This document shows, piece after piece, positions 53,926 through 64,000 of a stretch of 64,000 nt of DNA (positions within the stretch are counted from its first letter, which is position 1; every line of letters starts with the position of its first letter). Location: the NCBI GenBank assembly GCA_965644265.1, contig OZ286459.1:145142001-145206000 (forward strand), read 5' to 3'. Position numbers and translations under genes: made by a program. Below the pieces are notes generated by a model, which saw nothing but the letters and a program-made list of their open reading frames with translations, did no database searches and had not been told where the DNA came from. Source of the stretch: Glycera tridactyla (Eukaryota).

Positions 53926-54102
53926 CAGTCAAACCTATCCCAAGCATGCAGCTGAGGGCAGACACAAAAGTGCATGCTCAGAAAAGGTGCATGCTCAGTA
54001 AAGGCGATTTGAAGTCAAAATACTCAGAGGGGTGAGTACACCGTGCTTGCATGATAAAGCTCCTAATTTTTTCGAAGTGCATGCTTAGAGCAGGTTCAAC
54101 TG
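53926..54102. mobile_element. Tc1/mariner-type MITE
   Basis: TA|CAGTCAAACCT ... CAGGTTCAACTG. Confidence 0.75.
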
Positions 54103-54501
54103 TTATAAGAAAAGCCATACAGAAACATTTGGTAGCCACACTCATCCCGGCTAGTAGCTGGTTAGTACTGATCAGGTGTCATGGCCCACATGTACATAAT
54201 GACATCCAGGTCTGCAGCGCTGGCTGCTTAGCAACTTGAAATTTAGATGAGTCCACAATTGACTTTGGCGATGTAGCCATGAAGTATTCAGCGATACATG
54301 CTGGCAATTTCAGTGAGTTATGTGTGGTCAATGTCAATGGATAATGAATGGATAATGTGCTGGGGTTGAGATTGTACAGTTGGATTCTTGCCACTTGTTC
54401 CCATCACTCCAGCGAATCGCTCAGAGTGGAACAAGCAATAGGCATGACAACCCTGCCACTGTGCAATCATTCTGCGAAATTGCCAGTCCTGAATAAATCT
54501 G

Positions 54502-54903
54502 CCGTCTTCGAATTTAGCCACTCCCCTGAATCCCGGGGAGAGTGAATTTGGTTTCAGGAGAGTGAACAGACCAAACTCACTCTCCCGATGGGAGAGTGTA
54601 AATTTTCAGTTGTTCAGAAAGTTATGAATTTATAGCGAGGACAGAACGACACAGTTTTGACTCCTATGACAGAAAAACCTATTCCCTGCAAGATTACTTT
54701 GCATATATATCTACACAAGTTTGATTCTGAAGAATGAATATGAGCAAATAATGGGTTGGTGATAATCAGATAGTCATGTCATATTCACGTCATAATAAGG
54801 CATTTACTCACACAAATGTCTTTTTGAACAAATTCGGGAGAGTGATTTTTCCAGTCTGTTCGCCCGAAGGAAGAGTGGTTGAAAAAGTTTTTCGTGAAGA
54901 CTG
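54502..54903 (-). mobile_element. hAT-like CAGTCTTC-family MITE, inverted copy
   Basis: Reverse complement of 24947-25414; flanked by AAATCT on both sides (one extra base on the left). Confidence 0.85.
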
Positions 54904-55165
54904 AAATCTAGTCTTACCCTTGCTCTCAGCATCATTAAACATAGACTTCACTGAAGGCGGACCTCGCCTTGGCGAAGCCACACATCACGCCGCTTCAAGA
55001 GAGGCATTTATATCTAAAGTTTACACAAACAAAATAGTGCTGCTTCTTTGATGGGTACATACAGTTCCTGATTGCATAGGAAGACCCGATACATAATTAT
55101 GCTTGGAAAGGTACCTTTCCTCAAAAAATCTTTTTGAAAAAGTAGATTTCCCTAAAATAACAGTA

Positions 55166-55367
55166 CAAGGCTCTACCCTAGTGGTTGCCCTACTGGCACA
55201 GGCAGGCAGGTGATTTTATCAATCTGCCTGCCCAATGGACAGGTACCCAACCCTTATTTGGGCTATGATATGCAGGAGGGCAGGTGAAAATGACAGGGAG
55301 GACAGGTAAAAATCCTACTTCATCTGCCTGAATGACAGCTGAAGAAAAAAGTTAATGGAAAGCCCTG
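55166..55367. mobile_element. hAT-like MITE with 5-bp TSD
   Basis: CAGTA|CAAGGCT ... AGCCCTG|CAGTA; repeated GGCAGGT/ACAGGT subterminal motifs. Confidence 0.65.
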
Positions 55368-55444
55368 CAGTAGGGCTGATGAGCAATCCCATACATGGCT
55401 GAGAATCAATGAGGGATGCTTTGGCTAGGAACAGTGTTCATCAT

Positions 55445-55860
55445 CATAAAAATCCATTTCTGAAAAACCAATTTCCCCCCGGAATCTATCAGGCATGTTG
55501 GGAGACCCCAATCATGGCTGGTATTCATTCGGGAATGCTATGAATTGCATCCACGCCAAGTTTGGAGTGGCTATGAACAGCCACCATCTTCAAAAAAATC
55601 CATTTCTGAAAAAACAATTTTCACCCCAAAACCAACCAGGCCCTCTGGGCGACCCCATCCATGACTGGCATTCATTCGGGAATGCTATGAATTGCATCCA
55701 TGCCAAGTTCGGAGTGGCTATGAACAGCCACCAACTTTAGAAAAATCCATTTCTGAAAAAACAATTTTCACCCCAAAACCAACCAGGCCCTTTGGGAGAC
55801 CCCATCTATGGCTGGCATTCATCAGGAGATGCAATAAAATGCATCCTCGTTGAGTTTGGT
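55445..55860. repeat. 146-147-bp tandem repeat, ~3 copies (HINE-core-like)
   Basis: AAAATCCATTTCTGAAAAA recurs with AATC at 55451, 55597 and 55744; contains CCAAGTTTGG core motif. Confidence 0.9.
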
Positions 55861-55976
55861 GTGTCCCGTTACTCAAAAATCACTGAAATTGTCAGAGTCC
55901 AGTCATAAACAAGAAATGTCTTCAAAAAGAAGACTGGTCGTCGATTTACAGTGGAGAGGTGGTAATTCAAAAGGGG

Positions 55977-56196
55977 NNNNNNNNNNNNNNNNNNNNNNNN
56001 NNNNNNNNNNNNNNNNNNNNNNNNNNNNNNNNNNNNNNNNNNNNNNNNNNNNNNNNNNNNNNNNNNNNNNNNNNNNNNNNNNNNNNNNNNNNNNNNNNNN
56101 NNNNNNNNNNNNNNNNNNNNNNNNNNNNNNNNNNNNNNNNNNNNNNNNNNNNNNNNNNNNNNNNNNNNNNNNNNNNNNNNNNNNNNNNNNNNNNNN
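55977..56196. other. Assembly gap (220 N)
   Basis: Run of N. Confidence 1.
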
Positions 56197-56353
56197 CATG
56201 ACGGGCCGTTAGATGTCTGTCAAGCTTAATTGTGGCGAGTACGTTTTTCACCCTAGCATTGCGAATTTGGTTCCAATTGAAATGAAACTGTCTGGCAGGC
56301 TTTGTATACATTTCCGATTACTGCAAATGGAATCTCGGCAAAGTTCTCGTGTA

Positions 56354-56470
56354 CAGTGAAACCTGTCTATAGTGAAAAGTCTCGGGCCAGATTTTTCTTT
56401 TCACCGTAGACAGGATTTCACTATATACAGGTCAATTATAGTGAAAATCCGATCTGTTATAGTGAAACAG
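56354..56470. mobile_element. Truncated Tc1/mariner-type MITE related to 339-513
   Basis: TA|CAGTGAAACCTGTC..CTCGGGCCAGATTTTTCTTT..GACAGGATTT..CAATTATAGTGA. Confidence 0.7.
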
Positions 56471-56849
56471 ACCATGTCGGCAGGCATCAAACGGACATCA
56501 AACGGATCGGATCGTTAGTAGTATGAGGCCGTTGTGGGGCCGCCTTTGACCACTGTGTGTCGCTTATAATAATGTATTTTTCTCTCTTAATGTTCTCATG
56601 CAGTCAGGCATCTTCAATATCCAAGTTTAGCAGCCGTTCACGCAGTAACTAATGTTTTTCACACAATTTGCTCACTTTCCAAGCAGGTTTGGTTTAATTC
56701 TGATGTTTCTATAGCACATCATTCACAATGGTTGCCACCATACTGTGTGAGGTAAACCTTGTCAAACCACCCCATAAAATGGACGATTGTATCGTCTATA
56801 ATGGGAGGGAGTCCCAAACCGAAAACAGTACCGTCTCCGACGGAAAAAA

Positions 56850-57545
56850 AAGTGAGGTTTCATCCCAAATCACACGACCGGCATGCACACAGCTGTGGTG
56901 ATGGTTGGATGCCCCCCAGAATACACCGGAGCATGTGTACATCAAATCTGGTGGAGGTAGGGACCATGGTTGAAGAGTGACCTGACTGAACAAAAACTAA
57001 GACATGAAGTCCAATTTCCCCCAAATGAGCAATTTCACCCCAAAATCACTACCCTGAACTGAGATACTGCTGCTGTGAAGGGTAAACATCCCCTGTAACA
57101 CACTGGAGCATGTGTGCATGAAAACTGGTGATGGTAGGGGCCATGTTTGTGGAGTCACCTGACTCCAACAAAAACTTTGACGTGAAGTCCATATCCTCTA
57201 AAATATGCATTTTTTACCCAAAAATATGATACAACACTGGGATAATGCTGAATGGATGGATGGACACCTTTCCCAATACTCAGGAGTATGTGTGTATGAA
57301 ATCTGGTGGTGGTAGGGGCCATAGTTGCTGAGCTACAGACTTCCATGAAAAACTTTGATGTAAAACTTTGACGTAGCGCTCTCTTAATACCATTCCTGAT
57401 GTATTATAGCCCATATGCACAAGATCTGATGATGGTAGAAGGGTTAAAGAAAAACTTTGACATGAAATCTTGCAGAAAAAAAAACTTTGACGTAAAACTT
57501 CGACGTAAAACATTGTAAGAGTGCGGACGCCAACGCCGACGCACA
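56850..57545 (+). repeat. Degenerate ~177-bp core-repeat array, probably HINE-derived
   Basis: A(T/A)CTGGTG(G/A)(A/T)GGTAGGG motif at ~56947, 57123, 57302; ends in a GACGCCAACGCCGACG microsatellite-like tract. Confidence 0.6.
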
Positions 57546-58384
57546 CTTTTTTCATGATCCCATTCGCCGATCATTCTCCAGAAGATGAATGCCGATATTT
57601 GTCCAAGAAATATTGTTTAGAGTTGTTTATGACCTACTAAGAAGTGCACAGAAATACCTGGAATCACGAAGAGAAACATACGAATTTAGCGCGAACAGTT
57701 GATCAATTCATTGTCTTATGTTTATATGACATGTACATGTCGGCGCTGACACGGGGAATCACACTGTGATGTCATAATCAAGGTCACAGGTCAACTGACA
57801 GCTTCGAACTTTCGTTTGTAGCGTCATGGCGATAAACAAGCCTTGATCCGCTTTTTGTACAGACAATTTCACTGACAAACATTGGCAGAATGGGTGGCAC
57901 TTGAGAAGATGAGCGAAATTGATCATTGTAAATAGCGGCAATAATATCTTTCTCCACGATGCATATTCCAATGAATAATCAGCAAAAAATGGGTGCCACA
58001 AAAAACGGCGAACCAACTGTAGTGTTTGCACCTAAAATTGGTGAGCTTGCTCCCTTGTGATGAATTTTCAAACCTTTTGTTTGTGTCTCTCAATTCAATG
58101 GCATATAGAATCACCCACAAATATTATTGTCAACACTATCCTAAAAAGAATTGTGTTATGTCAATAACTTACTATGGAGTTATGAGCAAAATCTTGCCCA
58201 GTATGAAATCTGTGCGGGACTTCCTGCTTATCGTTTGTTCGACTCTAGTACCTGTACATAGTGATTTTTCTGCCATCAAGGATGTGGGGCGAGTGCCAGA
58301 AATCTAGTACCAGTAATTGCTGGACCAATGCTCTCATACAGGCCATCGAGAATTGAGATCAACATTCCTCACACACTCCGATTG

Positions 58385-58570
58385 GTTGGTTTGGTTGAGG
58401 TTAAACGGCATGTGTCAACCCAGAAGATTAAGTATGCCATACATTCCTGACAGTTCAGACACACCTCCAACTATCTGACATGATACTGGTGAATCTCAAT
58501 ATGGCATATATAATCATGTCCTGGCTATGAGCTGACACGCGAGCCTGAGAGCAATGCTTTCCTTCTGAGC
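58385..58570 (-). mobile_element. SINE-like family S copy with internal deletion
   Basis: GGTTGAGGTTAAACGGCATGTGTCAACCC...CTGACAGTTCAGACACACCT...GAGCCTGAGAGCAATGCTTT. Confidence 0.6.
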
Positions 58571-58768
58571 AAAGTGAAGCCCTTGAAAGGAGAAGCAAAA
58601 GGTTCTGAGAATACTCAACCAAGGTTGAGAGTTGAGTTGATAAACTGGACAATCTTACTCATTAACTCATCGACTCAACTCTCTACATTGGAATCAGACT
58701 GGATGGCTGATAACATTCATCAGAAACTCAACCAATGTGTGCAATTACGAACTGTCAATTTCAAACTC

Positions 58769-60120
58769 AACTAGAAAGTTGTCCATAGGACATGGATGCC
58801 TCCGCTGAGACCCTGACCTATGAGTGAGCGACACAATTTTTGCACATAACATGTCGTCTTCATATGATGATCATGTGTACCGATTTATTTGAAATTCCTA
58901 TCATGGAAGACAAAGTTATGGGCCAGACAAAAATTGACCAATCAGAGGCCACTTACTGAAATGTGGCAGATAGTGCACGCAAAACATCATCCTCATATGA
59001 TGATCATTTGCACCTATTTATTTGAGAATTCAGTCATGGATGACAAAGTTACGGGCCAGACACGAATCAACCAACCAGAAGCCACCATTTGGTGGGAACT
59101 CACTCAAGCATGACAGTTTTTGCTCATGACACATTGTCTTCATATGATGATCATGTGTATCAAGTTGTATGAAAATCCAGTCATGGATGGCAAGTTTATG
59201 AATCTATCAATCAGAGGCCACCATTTGGCGTGAAATCACACAAGCATGACGCTTTTTGTTCATGACACATCGCCTTCAAATGATGATTCGTATCAAGTTG
59301 TAGGAAAATCCAGTCATGGATGGCAAAGATATGGGCCGGACACGGATTGACCAATCAGAGGCCACCATTTGGTGGAAAATCACTCAAGTGTGGCAGGTTT
59401 TGGTCATCACACATCGCCCTTATATGATGATCATGTGAGCCAAGTTTTATAGAAATCCGGTCATGGATAGCAAAGTTATGGGCTGGACAAGAATTGACCA
59501 ATCAGAGGCCACCCTTTGGCGGGAAATCACTCAAGCGTGACAGTTCTTGTTTATGACACATCGCCCTCATCTGATGATTATGTGTACCAAGTTTTATGGG
59601 AATCCAGTCATGGATGGCTAAGTTATGGGCCAGACACAAATTGACCAATCAGAGGCCACCATTTGGCGGCAAATCACTCAAGCATGACAGTTCTTGCTCA
59701 TTACACATTGTCTTCATATGATGATCATGTTTACCAAGTTTTATGAAAATCCAGTCATGGATGGCAAAGTTATGGGCTGGACACAAATTGACCAATCAGA
59801 GGCCACCATTTGGGGGGAAATCACTCAAGCATGACGGTTCTTGCTCATTACACATTGTCTTCATATGATGATCATGTGTACCAAGTTTCATGAAAATCCA
59901 GTCATGGATGGCAAAGTTATGGGCTGGACACAAATTGACTAATCAGAGGCCACCATTTGGCGGGAAATCACTCAAGCGTGACGGTTCTTGCTCATGACAC
60001 ATTGCCCACATATGATTATCATGTGTACCAAGTTTTATGAAAATCCAGTCTTGGATGGCAAAGTTATGGGCCGGACACGGAAAGGACACATACACACACA
60101 CACACGGACAGGGTAAACGC
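58769..60120 (+). mobile_element. Helentron-type element with ~8.5 tandem 147-bp cores; 3' palindrome not seen
   Basis: AACTAG head plus TGTCC-ATA-GGACA hairpin; GAC(C/T)AATCAGAGGCCAC recurs at 59349, 59496, 59643, 59790, 59937 (147-bp period); ends in a (CA)n/ACGGAC tract. Confidence 0.8.
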
Positions 60121-61947
60121 CATCCTCAATATTATGAGTATCCTATAGTCTGACACTGTTGAGCCCTTCCCCAGCGTCCCCCACTGCACACTCTACCCAT
60201 GTGCATATATAGGAACCTGCTCATGGGCAGTGAAAGAAATTGACAACAAGCACTTACAATCTCAACCCGACACAATTTCATCAAGCTCAGCAAGGATCTA
60301 GTTGTGAAATCTGTTCAATATATATCAGATATGTAAACAGACATGTGAAACCCAGAAATTAACACCAATATGGTGTGCAAACATGACTAAAAGACTATCT
60401 GTGAAAGGGATGGATGCTCCACCAATGGTGGCAGTGGGAGCCGTCCAACAGGCGTGCATGGGACATCTGTGATTCATGAAAGCATGCACAAACAGGGAGC
60501 TTCAACTCATGGAAAGAAGCAGTCTGGTCTCTTCTAAATGATGAATGTCCCTGCTGGCCACTAATGCAACTAATCCAATTGGATAAGTCAGTAAAATGAA
60601 CTTAATTCCCAACTATCTTCTGATTATTCACCCATAAATGTAACCCAGTGAGTCACTTAGTTGGAAGGTGAGCAGAGGTTATGGGCCCAAGATGCCCCCA
60701 CTACTTCAGCAGCAAACACCTATTTCCTTAACGATCGATCAATGTATTATCTCATGCACCGATAGTGTCAAGATGGACAACCTCGGCAATGCTGGAAAAC
60801 ACAGCATGAGCAACATCAATCATTCGATAAAGGTTGGGTTTGGTTTGGTGTGATTTGGTTGATCCTGCCAGGGTTGAACAGAAGTTAAGCCTTACTCAAT
60901 CGGACCCCCCCCCCCATTCACACCTGGGAGGAGTGGAGGAGTAGTGCATGCAAGTCTCGCTCGGTCACCTCTAAATCAGCATCAATTATGTGTAGAAACT
61001 GAGAGTACACTTAATGAAGAGTTCACAAACAATGTAAGTCCTATGTTGACTGGTAAACACTATTGGTCACCCATACAAGTAGCTGCTCTCCTCACTGTTG
61101 TGAGATTGCCTTCAACAATTTCCAGTCATTGTTCATTCAGATACTGTTGTCATATCCAAGGCAGACGCTCTATGAATAGGATATCTGCCACCGAGCACCC
61201 AGCACAATCTGTCTTCATTACCAATCAATATGAGTATTTCAGAATAGATGAGCTGCAGACATTTTACAAGACGGATCACTCATCCTGTGATGTCACATGA
61301 AGTGTATGGATGGAGGACCACTCAACTGATGAATCTCACACTTCATATCACTCAGCAGCTGATATATATCCACAGTTTGAGAGGTGGATTGCATTTTGCA
61401 TGGATACAGAATACATGGCACTGGCAAATTCTGCCACAAGACACCCACCCCTGAACAGAGACCACCAGCAATAGAACACTTTTTCAGCGCAGGTTTTCCA
61501 TTTCACATGAGTCAAAAGGACCTCTGAAGAGAGATCACCTCTTCCAAGAGATCACTTTCTGGTGACACTCAGAGCTATCCATCATTGCAGATTCAAATAT
61601 ATCATGGATTGAATCAAAATGAATCAAATCAAATCTCATCCCTATTCACCTTAAAGCTGATTTGGCAAGGGAATATCAATCTATACCCATCAAAGGTGAA
61701 TTCTAATGAATTTAATCAATGCAAACATGAGAAAGAGGAAGAACAACATCAGAGAATTATTGGGTGTAAAAGACAGAATATGAGCTGATGAGGATGTGGA
61801 TGCAAGGGGCCCCATTATATATGTGAAAAGATCAATAAAGAAAAATGTCGCCAACACATCCCACTCACAACAGACTCAGCAACAACAAGACCAGCTGAGG
61901 CAGTCGGACAGATCATCAGTGAAATAAAGTTAATCAATCTAATTGTG

Positions 61948-64000
61948 AACTAGAGCTTTGTCACAGAGGTGACTAAAAATACCCCCACCGCCACTTTGAC
62001 ACAGACTGTACACCATATGGCCAAGGGACAGCAAGCCTGTCACACCAAAAAGTGGCCTTAATAGACAGGTGGATTTCATAGAGGTAATTTACTGTGTTGA
62101 TTAATATCACAGTCGCAGCTCAGGTGGCCTTTAAAGGCAGGTGGTCTTTATAGGGAGGTGGTCTCTCGAGCAGGTTTAACTGTGTGTGGGGGGGGGGGGG
62201 AGCAAAGGAATAAATGGGGTCATATATAGAACAGCAACAGAACCATGTCTATTATGGAGAATCTTACATAACCATGAAAGGAAAGCCAAGGGCAGTGTGA
62301 GAGGCTTTGCACCAAACAGACAATGAATCAGCCTCGTTGATTTCCGGATGCCTCAAATTCCAAACTCACAGATACTACCAAACACACAAATACAAAAAAT
62401 CTTCTTTTTTCTCAAATAACTCTGTAATGACTGGATCAATCTGCACGAAAATTGTGTCTCGCACATCTACACTTCATGATGATGACATATGTCAATTCTC
62501 AATCCAATAGCTTGAGAAATGTGGGAGTAGTTCGCGGGACAAACTTCTGCGGACAGACCAACCGACCAACCGACCAACAGAGTGACTCCAGTATACCCCC
62601 TTTCCAAACATCGTTTGGGCGGGGGTATAACTAGAGCTTTGTCGAAGAGGTGACTAAAAATACCCCCGCCGCCACTTATTTTGGCGGGAATCTCTGGGGA
62701 ATCCCTGGAGGGCTGGCTCCCTTTCACGGACTCTCACTCTGGACCATGCTTGACAGCTAATACACTCACCGGGGGCCACTCGATTTTTTTGGGATTTTCA
62801 GCTATTTTATGCCATTTTGACACCTTTTCTTGCCATAATCGTCATTAAGGGGTATTCATCCTCACACTCGCTTCATATTTCGTGTTTCATATGCAGTTTT
62901 AATGGAGAAATTTCGATGAATTTCCCGGGTTATGCTCGGAGAAAATGGACACAAAATGGCCACCGGCCGTCTATTTTGACTCGATTCCCGAGTGTTCTTC
63001 ACCTCCTAACATGACTTTTCGGGCATTAATCAAAATTCGATGCATACGGTGACATTGCTGGGGTTCTCAGCTACAAGAGCAATATTTTTGTTATTCGAAA
63101 GGATGTTTTATAGCGCCGTATCGGGAGTCAGAATGCGAAAAAGTTGTGTGAAAAAATGTCTAAAGCCGGTTTCGGCCGTTTTGAGGGGGAATGGTCGTAA
63201 GCCGGTTTCGGCCGTTTTGAGGGCGATAGGATTAAAGGCAGGTGGTCTTTATAGGGAGGTGGTCTCTTGAGCAGGTTTAACTGTGTGTGTGTGGGGGGGG
63301 GGGGGGAGCAAAGGAATAAATGGGGTCATATATAGAACAGCAACAGAACCATGTCTATTATGGAGAATCTTACATAACCATGAAAGGAAAGCCAAGGGCA
63401 GTGTGAGAGGCTTTGCACCAAACAGACAATGAATCAGCCTCGTTGATTTCCGGATGCCTCAAATTCCAAACTTACAGATACTACCAAACACACAAATACA
63501 AAAAATCTTCTTTTTTCTCAAATAACTCTGTAATGACTGGATCAATCTGCACGAAAATTGTGTCTCGCACATCTACACTTCATGATGATGACATATGTCA
63601 ATTCTCAATCCAATAGCTTGAGAAATGTGGGAGTAGTTCGCGGGACAAACTTCTGCGGACAGACCAACCGACCAACCGACCAACAGAGTGACTCCAGTAT
63701 ACCCCCTTCCGAACTTCGTTTGAGCGGGGGTATAACTGGAGCTTTGTCAGAGAGGTGACTAAAAATACCCCCGCCGCCACTTTGATACTAAGAAGGTATG
63801 CAATACGGTCAAGATATAGCCTACCTGTCTATAAAAGCCACCACCTGTCACACCAAAAAGTGGCCTTTGTAGACATGCGGTTTTGATAGAGGTCATTTAC
63901 CAGTGAAAAAAGTATCATGGTAGCAGCTCAGGGTGACGTTTATAGGCAGGTGGTCTGTATGGAGAGGTGGTCTCTCAAGCAGGTTTGACTATGTGTGTGT
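61948..64000 (+). mobile_element. Head-to-tail array of three Helentron-type units (61948-62628, 62629-63733, 63734-end), each carrying MITE sequence
   Basis: Each unit starts AACT(A/G)GAGCTTTGTC..GAGGTGACTAAAAATACCCCC; units 1 and 2 end (ACCA/ACCG)n + GTATACCCCC..GGGGGTAT, directly joined to the next head; ~62140-62630 is near-identical to ~63235-63735. Confidence 0.88.

Overview
Repeat-rich eukaryotic DNA, most likely from a marine invertebrate (inferred from the repeat types only). It is probably intergenic or intronic. I found no intact protein-coding gene, RNA gene or CRISPR array that I can support. The window is a layered mosaic of several things. (i) Non-autonomous Helentron-type (HINE/DINE-1/pearl-like) elements that carry satellite-like core arrays of about 146-177 bp, including a head-to-tail run of three units at the right end. 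(ii) At least a dozen TA-flanked Tc1/mariner-type MITEs with CAGT(G/C)AAACC ends. (iii) CAG...CTG (hAT-like) MITEs with unusual 5-bp and 6-bp target-site duplications. (iv) PIF/Harbinger-like MITEs. (v) Degraded L2-type and possibly Tx1-type LINE fragments and SINE-like repeats. (vi) Two minisatellites (60 bp and 32/34 bp), microsatellites, local duplications and two assembly gaps. The most interesting signals concern mobile-element architecture and nesting rather than a new gene system. Family assignments come from structural hallmarks read by eye, not database searches.
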